Part shown: positions 20,515 through 31,659 of the stretch, piece by piece
How positions within the stretch are numbered: position 1 is the first letter of the stretch
How the letters are laid out: each line of letters opens with the position of its first letter
DNA from: Candidatus Latescibacterota bacterium
Lineage (GTDB): Bacteria; Latescibacterota; UBA2968; UBA8231
Reading direction: 5' to 3'
DNA length: 64,000 nt
NCBI GenBank assembly: GCA_965215195.1
Contig: CBDCDC010000002.1
Span: 3,232,001-3,296,000, forward strand
The notes under the pieces: model-generated
Told to the model about the DNA's origin: nothing
Seen by the model: only the letters and a program-made list of their open reading frames with translations
The model's database searches: none
Made by a program: the position numbers and the translations under genes

Positions 20515-21843
20515 GCGCGGCGCGTTTGGAACATGGCCAAAGAGCGCGTAGAGAGGCAAGAAAACGAGCTTTTGTTCGGGAAGGACCGATACATTGGCCA
20601 TTGAAAACACCAAACCCATATCGGCGCTTTCGTGTTCCTGTAAGAAAAGGTGCATACTCCGCAAGCGGCCCGCTGGCCCACTCTTGACTTCCAACGGCAC
20701 TATTTTTCCGCTATCATCTACCAATACATAATCCACTTCTGCGCTGCTGCTCTTTTTTTTTCGCGCCCAGTAGTAAAGTCGGCCATTCTCCGAGCCGCCG
20801 CGCTGCGCTAGCAATTCTTGGCCGACGAACTGTTCGGCCAGTGCCCCGCGCCACGTTTTGAGCAAGTCCCTTTCTTGCAATATCTCCCTAGGTGCCGCGC
20901 CGCAGAGGTGTTGTACCATGCCGATGTCGAGAAAGAGGTACTTGAACACTTTGTCCGCGACGCCTGCACCAAGGGGCCGCCCCGAGGCCGCTGTTGCGCG
21001 TACTTTCTGGATGACAGAAGCCTGTTCAAGCACCTGTAGGCAGCGCTTGATCGTCTCGATGCGCTTTTCGGGATAAAGGGCTTGGTACTTGGTTTGCTGG
21101 CCGACGCGAGCGGGCAGTTCGGCAAAAATTCGGTCCAAGCAATCCCGGTCCAAGCGCGGGCTGTACTTGGCGAAGTCTTGGATATAGGCACCACAGAGCG
21201 CCCGATGCACCTCGGCCGCTGCGGCAACCGAGCGCGTCTCGGCGAAGGCACGCACCGCTTCGGGCATGCCTCCGACCACAAAGTACAGGCGCAGATAACC
21301 GAGCAATTTCTCGTGGATAGCTGTCGGCACGGGCGAGCGGGCGTCCATCGCGGGCAGATGTGCGCACAGAATCTCCTCGCCTTGCGCCATGAGAAACTCG
21401 GCAAAAGACATGGGCCGCATCCATTCAAACTCGACGCGACCGATTGGAAAAGAGATTGCCTCTAGGGCAAATTCCAGCAGTGAACCGGCCGCCACCACGT
21501 GTAGTTCCGGCACTTGCTCGTAGAGGTAGCGCAGGGCCATAAGTGCTCGCGGGCAGGCTTGGATCTCGTCGAAAAACAACAGCGTCTCGCCGGGAAGGAT
21601 CCGCATGCCCGCCTCGGCCTCCAGTTGCATCAGCACTGCTTCGGCGCGGAGGTCCTCGGCGAAGATGCGATGCAGGCGTCGATCCATCTCGAAATCAAAG
21701 ACGGCTGTACGGACGAATTCGCGCTTCCCAAAGGCGCAGACAGAGTGCGTTTTTCCCACTTGACGCGCCCCGCGCACGACGAGCGGCTTGCGCCGCGGGC
21801 GGTTTTTCCAAGTGCTGAGCTTGTTGTCGACTAGGCGGTTCAA
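20494..21843 (-). CDS. AAA_14 ATPase with DUF4143 C-terminal nuclease-like domain
   Basis: GARQVGKT Walker A, FFDEIQ Walker B, AAGSLL, GGMPE, EVDYV..PLEVKSG; start re-assigned to TTG 21843. Confidence 0.88.
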   Translation of the reverse strand: MNRLVDNKLSTWKNRPRRKPLVVRGARQVGKTHSVCAFGKREFVRTAVFDFEMDRRLHRIFAEDLRAEAVLMQLEAEAGMRILPGETLLFFDEIQACPRALMALRYLYEQVPELHVVAAGSLLEFALEAISFPIGRVEFEWMRPMSFAEFLMAQGEEILCAHLPAMDARSPVPTAIHEKLLGYLRLYFVVGGMPEAVRAFAETRSVAAAAEVHRALCGAYIQDFAKYSPRLDRDCLDRIFAELPARVGQQTKYQALYPEKRIETIKRCLQVLEQASVIQKVRATAASGRPLGAGVADKVFKYLFLDIGMVQHLCGAAPREILQERDLLKTWRGALAEQFVGQELLAQRGGSENGRLYYWARKKKSSSAEVDYVLVDDSGKIVPLEVKSGPAGRLRSMHLFLQEHESADMGLVFSMANVSVLPEQKLVFLPLYALFGHVPNAPRSRKGTR

Positions 21844-21901
21844 TGTATTATTACAAGGTAATTTATCCGCTAAAAATGTATTATTACAAGGTAATTTATC
21901 C
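21842..21901. repeat. Perfect 27-bp AT-rich direct repeat (33-bp period)
   Basis: AATGTATTATTACAAGGTAATTTATCC at 21842-21868 and 21875-21901. Confidence 0.9.
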
Positions 21902-21955
21902 TGTGGCACTCCTTGAGGCCAACCGCATTCCCGCTGACGACGGCCTCCGCCCAAC

Positions 21956-22435
21956 CTACTCCTCTTCCCGCACCCACGTCCCGCTTCGCCCACCCCGCTT
22001 CTCCATTAACCGCAACTCGGAAATCACCATCCCGCGATCGACGCCCTTGCACATGTCGTAAATGGTCAGCAGGGCCGTACTCGCCGCCACCAGCGCCTCC
22101 ATCTCCACCCCGGTGCGGTCGTCAATTTTGGCCTCGGCCTCAACCTCGACCCGATCCTCGCCGACGTGCAAATCCACGCGGATTGCCGTGAGGTTGAGCG
22201 GGTGGCACAAGGGAATCAGCTCCCCGGTGCGCTTGGCGGCCATGATTCCGGCCAGCCGCGCCGCTTCCAAGACGCTGCCCTTGGCGACTTTGTTCTCGGC
22301 GATTAGCCGCGCTGTCGCACAGTCCATGCGGATGTGGCCGCGCACCCGCGCCAGCCGCGCCGTCGGCACCTTGCCGCCGATATCGACCATCTTGAGGCGG
22401 CTCTGCTCGTCGAGGTGAGTCAGCGCGTCGGCCAC
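21956..22435 (-). CDS. moaC: Cyclic pyranopterin monophosphate synthase
   Basis: LTHLD...MVD, KGSVL..ARLAGIMAAKRT.ELIPLCHP, TGVEMEAL, TIYDMCK, KRGGRSG; GTG start overlaps icd stop. Confidence 0.96.
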   Translation of the reverse strand: MADALTHLDEQSRLKMVDIGGKVPTARLARVRGHIRMDCATARLIAENKVAKGSVLEAARLAGIMAAKRTGELIPLCHPLNLTAIRVDLHVGEDRVEVEAEAKIDDRTGVEMEALVAASTALLTIYDMCKGVDRGMVISELRLMEKRGGRSGTWVREEE

Positions 22436-23688
22436 TACATGTTCTCGATAATTGCCGTGCCGAACTCCGAGCACTTGACCTCGGTCGGCTCGTCCATCAG
22501 CCGGGCAAAGTCGTAGGTGACGACCCGGCGCGCAATCGCCTGCTCCAGCCCCTTGACGATCAGATCGGCCGCCTCGTTCCAACCCAAGTGGCGGAGCATC
22601 ATGTCGCCCGACAGGATCACCGAGCCGGGGTTGACCTTGTCTTGGCCGGCGTATTTGGGAGCGGTGCCGTGGGTGGCCTCAAAGATGGCGTGGCCCGTGG
22701 CGTAGTTGATGTTGCCGCCTGGAGCAATGCCGATGCCGCCGACGCAAGCGGCCAGCGCGTCGCTGATGTAATCGCCGTTGAGGTTCATCGTGGCGATGAC
22801 CGAGTACTCGGCCGGGCGCGTGAGGATCTGCTGCAAAAAGGCGTCGGCGATCGCGTCTTTGACGGTGATCTGGGTGCCGTCCACGACGATGCTAGTCCAA
22901 GGGCCGCCGTCGATTTCTTCGCCGCCATAGGCTTTTTGCGCCAGCTCGTAGCCCCAGTCGCGGAAGGCCCCTTCGGTGAACTTCATGATGTTGCCTTTGT
23001 GTACCAAGGTGACGCTGTCGCGGCCTTGGGCGGCGGCGTAGTCAATGGCGGCGCGGACCAGCCGCTCTGTGCCCTCTTGTGAGATCGGCTTGACGCCCAA
23101 GCCAGCGGTATCTGGAAAGCGAATTTTGCCGTAGCGATCGGCAAAGTGCTCTTGCAACAGAGCCTTAAAGCGCGTGTTGTCGTCCGTGCCCTGCTCGAAC
23201 TCGATCCCGGCGTAGATGTCTTCGGTGTTTTCGCGGAAGATGACCATATCCACCAGCTCAGGTTGCCGCACCGGCGAGGGTACGCCGCTGAAGTAGCGCA
23301 CCGGGCGCAGACATACATAGAGGTCGAGTATCTGGCGCAAAGCCACGTTGAGGCTGCGGATCCCGCCGCCGACCGGCGTCGTCAGCGGCCCCTTGATGCC
23401 GACCCGATAGGTGCTGAAGGCTTCCACCGTGGCGTCGGGCAGCCAGCTAGCGGTCTGCTCAAATGCCTTCCCGCCGGCCAAAACCTCCATCCAAGCGATC
23501 TTTCGCTGACCGCCATACGCCTTCTCGACCGCTGCGTCAAAGACGCGCACGGCCGCAGCCCATATATCTGGCCCCGTGCCGTCGCCTTCAATAAAGGGGA
23601 TGATGGGCTGGGCTGGAACGCTGAGCGCACCCTCCACTAAGGTTATTTTTTCGCCGCCTGCGGGGACCTTGGGCTGCCAATCGGCCAT
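22435..23688 (-). CDS. icd: NADP-dependent isocitrate dehydrogenase (dimeric type)
   Basis: [65 protein letters not shown]. Confidence 0.98.
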   Translation of the reverse strand: MADWQPKVPAGGEKITLVEGALSVPAQPIIPFIEGDGTGPDIWAAAVRVFDAAVEKAYGGQRKIAWMEVLAGGKAFEQTASWLPDATVEAFSTYRVGIKGPLTTPVGGGIRSLNVALRQILDLYVCLRPVRYFSGVPSPVRQPELVDMVIFRENTEDIYAGIEFEQGTDDNTRFKALLQEHFADRYGKIRFPDTAGLGVKPISQEGTERLVRAAIDYAAAQGRDSVTLVHKGNIMKFTEGAFRDWGYELAQKAYGGEEIDGGPWTSIVVDGTQITVKDAIADAFLQQILTRPAEYSVIATMNLNGDYISDALAACVGGIGIAPGGNINYATGHAIFEATHGTAPKYAGQDKVNPGSVILSGDMMLRHLGWNEAADLIVKGLEQAIARRVVTYDFARLMDEPTEVKCSEFGTAIIENM

Positions 23689-23776
23689 AGGATGAAACTC
23701 CTCTTCTTTTGTTTTATGGAATAATCGGCCCGGTTCGACTACTGTGCTCGGGGCCTATCTGTTGCGGCTTTTGAAT

Positions 23777-24490
23777 CTAAGACTTTCGCTCGAGACGGCC
23801 AATGCAAGCGGCCAAGGCACTGCGCTCAACCTCGACCAGCTCGCAGGCGAATACGTCGGCATAGGCGCGCAAGAGTTCGGACTCAACTTCGCGCCGATCT
23901 AACGCATACCCCAAGAGCGCGGCCATCGTAGTTATCTCCTCGCTCCCCAAGCCGCAGGGCTTGATCGTTGCAAAGTGGCTCAAGTCGGTAGCCACATTCA
24001 GGGCCAAACCGTGTGTCGTGATCCAGTGCCGCACGTTGACCCCTATCGACGCCACCTTGGACGAGCCGACCCAAGCGCCCGTCAAGCCGCGCCGAGCTTC
24101 TCCCTCCAAGTTGTATGCGCCCAACGTGCGGATCAGCACGGCCTCCAAATCGCGCAAGTACTGATGTACATCCCGACCGCGCTGGCGCAGATCGACGATT
24201 GGATAGGCCACGATCTGGCCCGGCCCGTGAAAGGTCACGCTGCCCCCGCGGTCAATCGCGACCACATCTAGCCCTTTGGTCAGGAGATGCTCGGGCAGCG
24301 TCGCCCGTCCGCCGGTATAAGTTGGCGGGTGTTCGACCAACATCAGGGTGTCCGGAATTTGCTCGGCTCGCCGCAGTTGACGCAGCGACTCTTGCCAAGC
24401 CCAAGCCCGAGCGAAAGCGATCCGCCCGACTCGGCAAACGCGCGTTTCATTCATGAGTTGCTCAATGGTATCGGGATAGCTCTGTTCCAT
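23777..24490 (-). CDS. lipB: Octanoyltransferase
   Basis: LVEHPPTYT.G, DRGGSVTFHGPGQ, KVASIG, HGLALN, IKPCG; start may be 24454. Confidence 0.93.
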   Translation of the reverse strand: MEQSYPDTIEQLMNETRVCRVGRIAFARAWAWQESLRQLRRAEQIPDTLMLVEHPPTYTGGRATLPEHLLTKGLDVVAIDRGGSVTFHGPGQIVAYPIVDLRQRGRDVHQYLRDLEAVLIRTLGAYNLEGEARRGLTGAWVGSSKVASIGVNVRHWITTHGLALNVATDLSHFATIKPCGLGSEEITTMAALLGYALDRREVESELLRAYADVFACELVEVERSALAACIGRLERKS

Positions 24491-24598
24491 TATAGAGTAA
24501 GGACCTATCCAAGGACCTCATAGTCGTCACAGATTGAATTTGTCCCGATTACCTTTCACGATGTATCTTTTAGTAAGGCAACTCCAAAGGAACCGCTC

Positions 24599-24819
24599 AT
24601 GCTCGTCAAGATCACTTCCAAGCACCAAGTCACCTTCCCTGCCAGAGTATTGGATGCGCTGGGCGTAGGGCCAGGAGGCTTGCCGCGCTCGAATCCAATG
24701 CCGGCCCCGGTCTCCTTGACCGCTTGATCGCCAATGACTATACGCGAGCAGAGCTAGAGACCCTGACGCTGGATCGGAAGATGGCGGGCCTCCCAAATGC
24801 CAACCACCTGTACGTTTGA
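24599..24819 (+). pseudogene. Remnant of an AbrB-type antitoxin / PIN (VapC) toxin pair, fused by internal deletion
   Basis: MLVKITSKHQVTFPARVLDALGVGPG (AbrB N-terminus), then in another frame LAALESNAGPGLLDRLIANDY...TLTLDRKMAGL* (PIN C-terminus). Confidence 0.6.
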
Positions 24820-24895
24820 TTTCTACAGCACTACTGAGGACATCCTGAAAACAGTACCGAGCCAATGTTCCTACAGAAAGTAGGGGGATTCGACC

Positions 24896-25699
24896 ATGAA
24901 GAACGACGCCTATCCCGAGTTGACTGATCTCAAAACCCGGTTGCAGGAGCTGGAGAGCCAAGGGTACACCGTATTCCCCGATTATCTCGACCGTGACACT
25001 ACAGCCGCAGTGTGCGCTCACATCGACAGCCTCGTAGGCCCCATTGTGTCCGCCGATCATACCGCCGCTAGACACGCCCTGCGGCATCCCATTTTAGGGG
25101 CGATCATGTCTCGCCTAGTGAATAATCCTGCAACTCTCGAACTCGCTGCAACATTGATTAAGTCGCGCGATCTTCGCCTGCGCGAGCAAGTTTTCATACG
25201 CAGCGATCCTTCGCCGCCGCCATACCAAGCTCCGCAATGGCACATTGACGCGGCCTTTTGCCGCGCAGAGTTTGAAGCTAGGCCGCGACAGGTCTATTAC
25301 CAGATGCTGCATTGTTGTAGTGCGGTTTCCACCGGAGGGGCCGCGTTTATGATCGTGCCCGGCTCCCATCGGTTATCTCTCGCAGCCAGCGATAAAGCAG
25401 AGCGCGAAAGAGGACGGCAGCCCATCCAGAATCACACCGCCTTAGTCCCCGAAGCAAATGACGACGACGGCATTGAAATTTGTGCCAACGATGGAGATCT
25501 CATCGTCTTTAATCCCCTGTGTTATCACGCCAGCTCTCCCAACCAGACCGATCGGCCCCGCTACGTATATTTCACCTCGTTTTATCACCCCTCAGCGGCT
25601 CGCCTAGTGGAACTGGTGCGCCGAACCAAGTACCGCGACAACTTTCCCGACTCATTGCGCCAAGGCTTGCCGCCCGAGCTTCAGAGCTTGCTCGATTAG
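24896..25699 (+). CDS. Phytanoyl-CoA dioxygenase (PhyH)-family Fe(II)/2OG enzyme
   Basis: QGYTVFPDYL, WHID, GA..IVPGSH, GDLIVFN..YHAS.PN.T..PR. Confidence 0.85.
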   Translation: MKNDAYPELTDLKTRLQELESQGYTVFPDYLDRDTTAAVCAHIDSLVGPIVSADHTAARHALRHPILGAIMSRLVNNPATLELAATLIKSRDLRLREQVFIRSDPSPPPYQAPQWHIDAAFCRAEFEARPRQVYYQMLHCCSAVSTGGAAFMIVPGSHRLSLAASDKAERERGRQPIQNHTALVPEANDDDGIEICANDGDLIVFNPLCYHASSPNQTDRPRYVYFTSFYHPSAARLVELVRRTKYRDNFPDSLRQGLPPELQSLLD

Positions 25700-25768
25700 C
25701 ATTCAGTACGCCACCTGCACCACCCCTGCTGTACTCCTTTGGGTGTGGACAACAAGGAGATAGAAGCT

Positions 25769-28700
25769 ATGAACGCACGGAGCCAGCAGGTTGTGAATTT
25801 GGTGACTGGAGGTCTCCTCGGGCTGGTGTTGTTGAGCGGGCGGAGCGAGGCGATAGCACCTGAGCCGCAGATCGAAGGCTGGGTGCGGCTGGCCTCCGGG
25901 CAGCTGGCGGCCGGAGTGCAGGTACGGCTTTTCGATCTGACCGATCCGCGCCGCTCAGTCGGCACCACTGCAAATGAGGAAGGGTACTTCGCGCTGGCCG
26001 CTCCTCGTCCAGTCGATGCCCGCCCTCAAGGCTTCGCACTACTACAGAACTATCCCAATCCGTTCAATCCTTCCACGATTATCCCCTACCAGCTTTCGGA
26101 ACCGACTCACGTGCGGCTGGAGGTCTTCAATGTGCTTGGGCAGCACATCGCGACCTTGGTAGATCGGGAACAGCCGGCTGGCTGGTACACGGCGACTTGG
26201 CACGGCACAGATGCAGCCGGTCGCGCTGTGGCGGCGGGGGTTTATCTCTATCGCATCAGTGGGACCGGGCCGAGTGAGACCCGGCGGATGGTGCTCGTCG
26301 ATGGTCCGGTCCATGCTCTGGGAGCGATGGTCGCTGCCGAGCCTCCGACGAGATCGGCGGCACCCGAGCCGATCTACGGGCTGACCGTTTCGGGACGCGA
26401 TGTGGTCACCCATGTGGACCCGAATTTCCAAGCCGACGTCGGGCTGGTGGAGATCGTGGTCGAAGCGCGCATCAGCGCCGCCAGCCCGGCCGCGATAAAG
26501 GTGACCACAAGTGCCAGAATCTGGGGCGACGTCGACGCCAATAGCCAAGTTGACATTTTTGACGCGCTGCTAGTGGGATTGTACAGCCTCGATCCCTCGA
26601 TCACCATCCCAAACGATGGCGACATCGCCCTAGGGGATGTAAACCGCGACGGTCGCATCGACATCACCGACGCTTATCTCATCGCCACCTATAGCGTCAA
26701 TCCGACCGACCCCTCGCTGCCGGCGGGGATCGGCACCCCGGTGGTGGTTGTCGCCGAGGGCAAGATGTACTGGGTGGACCGGATGACGGCTAAGATCCAG
26801 CGGGCCAACCTAGATGGGTCCCAAGTCGAGGCCCTCGTCACCACCGGGTTGGAGGAGCCGACGGACCTCGCTTTGGATTTAGACGCAGGCAAGATGTACT
26901 GGGTGGACCGGCTGACGGACAAGATCCAGCGGGCGAACTTAGACGGGTCCCAAGTCGAAGACCTCGTCACTGGACTGGGCACTATCTGGAGCCTAGCTCT
27001 GGATATCGCTGGAGAAAAGATGTACTGGACGGACGAGGATTGGCGGGGGCAAAAGATCCAGCGGGCGAACTTAGACGGGTCCCAAGTCGAAGACCTCGTC
27101 ACTATCGGATTATTTCAGATAGCTGGTCTGGCCTTGGACGTCGCTGGAGGAAAGATGTACTGGACGGACTACGGAACGAGTAAAATCCATAGGGCGAACT
27201 TGGACGGCTCACGGGTTGAAGCCCTCGTAACCACCGGATTGGCAAGCCCATGGGACTTGGCACTGGACTTGGCCGGAGGGAAGATGTACTGGACGGACTA
27301 CGGAACGGATAAAATCCATAGGGCGAACTTAGACGGCTCGCAGGTCGAAGAACTTCTCAGCATGCCCGACAATCCAAGTGCCCTCGTCTTGGTGCTTTCC
27401 GAAAAGAAGATGTACTGGACGGAAGGCGCTTGGTCGGATGTGAGCAATGGCAGGATCCTCCGGGCCAACCTCGACGGCTCGCAGGTCGAAGAACTCCTCG
27501 CCACCGGACTGCGCGTTCCACGGGGTCTAGCCCTAGATTTGGCCGACCTGCCTGAAATCAAAGTGAATCGTCCGCCGGTACTGGACGGCATCGGCAAGCA
27601 GAGTGTTGCAGAGGGAGAACTCCTGCACATCGACTTGGTCGCCCGCGATCCCGAAGGGGATGAGGTCGCCTATGAGGCACAATCCTACGCCCCTAGCGTG
27701 GCGACGGTGAGCGTGTCCGGCCGCCAGTTGACGATCAGCCCAGTAGAACTGGGCGTCGCCACGATAGCGGTGACGGCGAGTGATGCCAGCGGCGCGACCA
27801 CCACGCAGACCTTTACGATGAAAGTGACGGCACCCGTACCTGAGAGCCAAGGTAAGATGTACTGGACGGATTGGGAAACGGACAAGATCCAGCGCGCCAA
27901 CCTCGACGGCTCCCAAGTCGAAGACCTCGTCACCAACGGATTGGATTATCCAAGCGGCTTGGCTCTGGATGTGGCCGGGGGAAAGATGTACTGGGTGGAT
28001 GCAGGAACGGACAAGATTCAGCGCGCCAACCTCGACGGCTCCCAAGTCGAAGACCTCGTCACCAACGGATTGTTCGTTCCAAGAAACTTGGCCTTGGATG
28101 TGGCCGGGGGAAAGATGTATTGGACGGACGAGGACTGGACCGAGGGCAGGATTCAGCGCGCCAACCTCGATGGCTCCCAAGTCGAAGACCTCCTAACCGA
28201 AGTGAGCAGTCCGGCAGGCCTTGCTCTGGACTTGGCCGGAGGCAAGATGTACTGGACGGACACCGGCAACTCTAACATCGGACGGACGAACCTCGACGGC
28301 TCGCAGGTCGAAATCCTCGTCACCCGATCATTGAACACTCCGCGGGCCCTAGCCCTCAACTTGGCCGGAGGCAAGATATACTGGACGGACTTGGGCACGC
28401 TCAGGATGCAGCGCGCCAACCTCGACGGCTCCCAAGTCGAAGACGTGATCGTCTCTGGATTAGGGCATCCAACAATGGGCCTAGCCCTCGACTTGGCCGG
28501 AGACAAGATATACTGGACGGACTTGGGCACGAAAGATATCCGACGCGCCAACCTCGACGGTACGCGGATCGAAGATCTCGTCACCGGATTGAGCGAACCG
28601 GTGGGCTTGGCCTTAGAAATCGTCGCCCCAGACTTAGTGGTCACGTCGCCTTCGGCGAACCCGCCCAACCCAGCCCCAAGTCAATCCTTCACTTTGTCGG

Positions 28701-28978
28701 TCGCGATCCACAACCGGGGTAACGCCCCGGCACCACCGACGACGGTGCTCTACTATCTCTCTACCGACTCGACGATCACCACCGACGACACCGAGGTGGG
28801 CACAGGCACGGTGAGCGAATTGACCGCCCCAAACACTACGTTCAAATTGATCCGGCTGACAGCACCGTCGAGTTCGGGGACCTACTACTACGGTGCCTGT
28901 GTACAGCCCGTCAGCGGCGAGAGCGATAGCCAGAACAACTGCTCTTCAGCTAGCGAGGTCTTCGTAGTGGCTCAATGA
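25769..28978 (+). CDS. Large secreted protein: FlgD/T9SS-CTD-like domain, dockerin-like domain, two 6-bladed YWTD (LDL-receptor class B) propellers, cadherin/Ig-like and CARDB domains
   Basis: AAGGAG RBS + ATG 25769; LLQNYPNPFNPST; GDVDANSQVDIFDA/GDVNRDGRIDITDA; 12 K(M/I)YW(T/V)(D/E)..RANLDGS repeats; VNRPPVL..ARDPEGD; PDLVV..NRG..ES...NN. Confidence 0.88.
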   Translation: MNARSQQVVNLVTGGLLGLVLLSGRSEAIAPEPQIEGWVRLASGQLAAGVQVRLFDLTDPRRSVGTTANEEGYFALAAPRPVDARPQGFALLQNYPNPFNPSTIIPYQLSEPTHVRLEVFNVLGQHIATLVDREQPAGWYTATWHGTDAAGRAVAAGVYLYRISGTGPSETRRMVLVDGPVHALGAMVAAEPPTRSAAPEPIYGLTVSGRDVVTHVDPNFQADVGLVEIVVEARISAASPAAIKVTTSARIWGDVDANSQVDIFDALLVGLYSLDPSITIPNDGDIALGDVNRDGRIDITDAYLIATYSVNPTDPSLPAGIGTPVVVVAEGKMYWVDRMTAKIQRANLDGSQVEALVTTGLEEPTDLALDLDAGKMYWVDRLTDKIQRANLDGSQVEDLVTGLGTIWSLALDIAGEKMYWTDEDWRGQKIQRANLDGSQVEDLVTIGLFQIAGLALDVAGGKMYWTDYGTSKIHRANLDGSRVEALVTTGLASPWDLALDLAGGKMYWTDYGTDKIHRANLDGSQVEELLSMPDNPSALVLVLSEKKMYWTEGAWSDVSNGRILRANLDGSQVEELLATGLRVPRGLALDLADLPEIKVNRPPVLDGIGKQSVAEGELLHIDLVARDPEGDEVAYEAQSYAPSVATVSVSGRQLTISPVELGVATIAVTASDASGATTTQTFTMKVTAPVPESQGKMYWTDWETDKIQRANLDGSQVEDLVTNGLDYPSGLALDVAGGKMYWVDAGTDKIQRANLDGSQVEDLVTNGLFVPRNLALDVAGGKMYWTDEDWTEGRIQRANLDGSQVEDLLTEVSSPAGLALDLAGGKMYWTDTGNSNIGRTNLDGSQVEILVTRSLNTPRALALNLAGGKIYWTDLGTLRMQRANLDGSQVEDVIVSGLGHPTMGLALDLAGDKIYWTDLGTKDIRRANLDGTRIEDLVTGLSEPVGLALEIVAPDLVVTSPSANPPNPAPSQSFTLSVAIHNRGNAPAPPTTVLYYLSTDSTITTDDTEVGTGTVSELTAPNTTFKLIRLTAPSSSGTYYYGACVQPVSGESDSQNNCSSASEVFVVAQ
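26762..28620 (+). repeat. Intragenic ~129-bp YWTD repeats (two blocks of six)
   Basis: AAGATGTACTGG...GCCAACCTCGACGGCTCCCAAGTCGAAGACCTCGTC recurring at ~26762-27540 and ~27854-28620. Confidence 0.9.
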
Positions 28979-29062
28979 CATAGCGGCTCCCTTGTCCACA
29001 CCCGCGACGGATTACTTCCGCTCCCAATAGACCACCCCACCGCGCCGATCCTCGCCCGTGCC

Positions 29063-29091
29063 TTGCACAAAAACGGTGCAATTTCTATATT
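29063..29091 (+). promoter_or_regulatory. Putative sigma70 promoter of groEL
   Basis: TTGCAC-17 bp-TATATT. Confidence 0.6.
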
Positions 29092-29111
29092 TGACAGTTC
29101 AGCTTTGTTTT

Positions 29112-30840
<1,729 letters not shown>

Positions 30841-30858
30841 CCCTTCTGTCGCAAATAG

Positions 30859-30895
30859 AAAAGGCTCGCTGCTTCTTTGGCAGCGAGCCTTTTTT
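30859..30895. terminator. Bidirectional rho-independent terminator
   Basis: AAAAGGCTCGCTGC-TTCTTTG-GCAGCGAGCCTTTTTT. Confidence 0.88.
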
Positions 30896-30909
30896 CGTTT
30901 TTCCCTTTC

Positions 30910-31659
30910 TCACATCCACAATCTGTAGAGCAAGGGGTCGCGGAACTGTCCATCCTCTTGGACGGCGTAGTGCAATCCCGGCCTCCGAGCTCCACGTCCC
31001 TCGTCCAAGAGAGCGATGGACTGCCCCTTGAGCACGTAGTCCCCCACTTCGACGAGCAGGCGAGCGTTGTATCCGTATTGAGTCAGCAGACCATTGCCGT
31101 GGTCGAGCATCACTACGTAGCCGAGGTCCTCGTCGTAGCCCGCCTGCAGCACTTGGCCCGCGGCACTGGCCCTTACCAAGCTACCCGCGGCCGCAGCAAT
31201 AACAACCGAGGGCTCCTCCTCGCTAAAGGGCCTGAGCACGGACCCGCGCAGCGGCCACCAGGTGGGGACGGTCTGCACGTGGCCCCAACGCAGCCGCTGC
31301 ATGGAGGAGATATAAGGCGGATCATCGCTGCGCTGCGCCGCCTCGTCCAATGCCTCGGGCTTGCCTAAAATGGCGCGCAGTTGGTCGTTGCCGCGCTTGA
31401 GCTGGACCAGCATTTTTTCGAGCCGATCTATCTGGCCTACTTGCTCCTCGAGCAGGGCCTTGTCCTGCTCGAGTTGTGCCACCTTCTGCACTAGCCCGCG
31501 CCTGTCGAAATAGGAGCTAAGCCCCATGGGCAAGAGCACGATCAAGGCGACGCTGCACAACCCCAGCAACCACACAAGTGCGCCGGAGATCTTAAATTCA
31601 AAGGTCTTGCGACCCTTTTCTGGAACGACGATTACGGTAATGTTGTTGCGCTTGAACAT
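30910..31659 (-). CDS. M23/LytM-family membrane-anchored coiled-coil protein with degenerate active site
   Basis: TM + coiled coil + WPLRG..V.A.AAG.V..G..V.LDHGNG..T.YG...V.VGD.V.KGQ.IA; zinc ligands largely missing; alternative start 31680. Confidence 0.8.
   Translation of the reverse strand: MFKRNNITVIVVPEKGRKTFEFKISGALVWLLGLCSVALIVLLPMGLSSYFDRRGLVQKVAQLEQDKALLEEQVGQIDRLEKMLVQLKRGNDQLRAILGKPEALDEAAQRSDDPPYISSMQRLRWGHVQTVPTWWPLRGSVLRPFSEEEPSVVIAAAAGSLVRASAAGQVLQAGYDEDLGYVVMLDHGNGLLTQYGYNARLLVEVGDYVLKGQSIALLDEGRGARRPGLHYAVQEDGQFRDPLLYRLWM

Larger units (their letters stand above)
25741..29003. repeat. 12-bp terminal inverted repeats bracketing the YWTD-propeller gene
   Basis: GGGTGTGGACAA (25741-25752) and TTGTCCACACCC (28992-29003); no target-site duplication evident. 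Confidence 0.7.

Noticed and set aside
25744-25752. DnaA box / replication origin (TTGTCCACA within the inverted repeats)
   Set aside because: Only two isolated boxes 3.2 kb apart, no cluster or unwinding element, and no dnaA context
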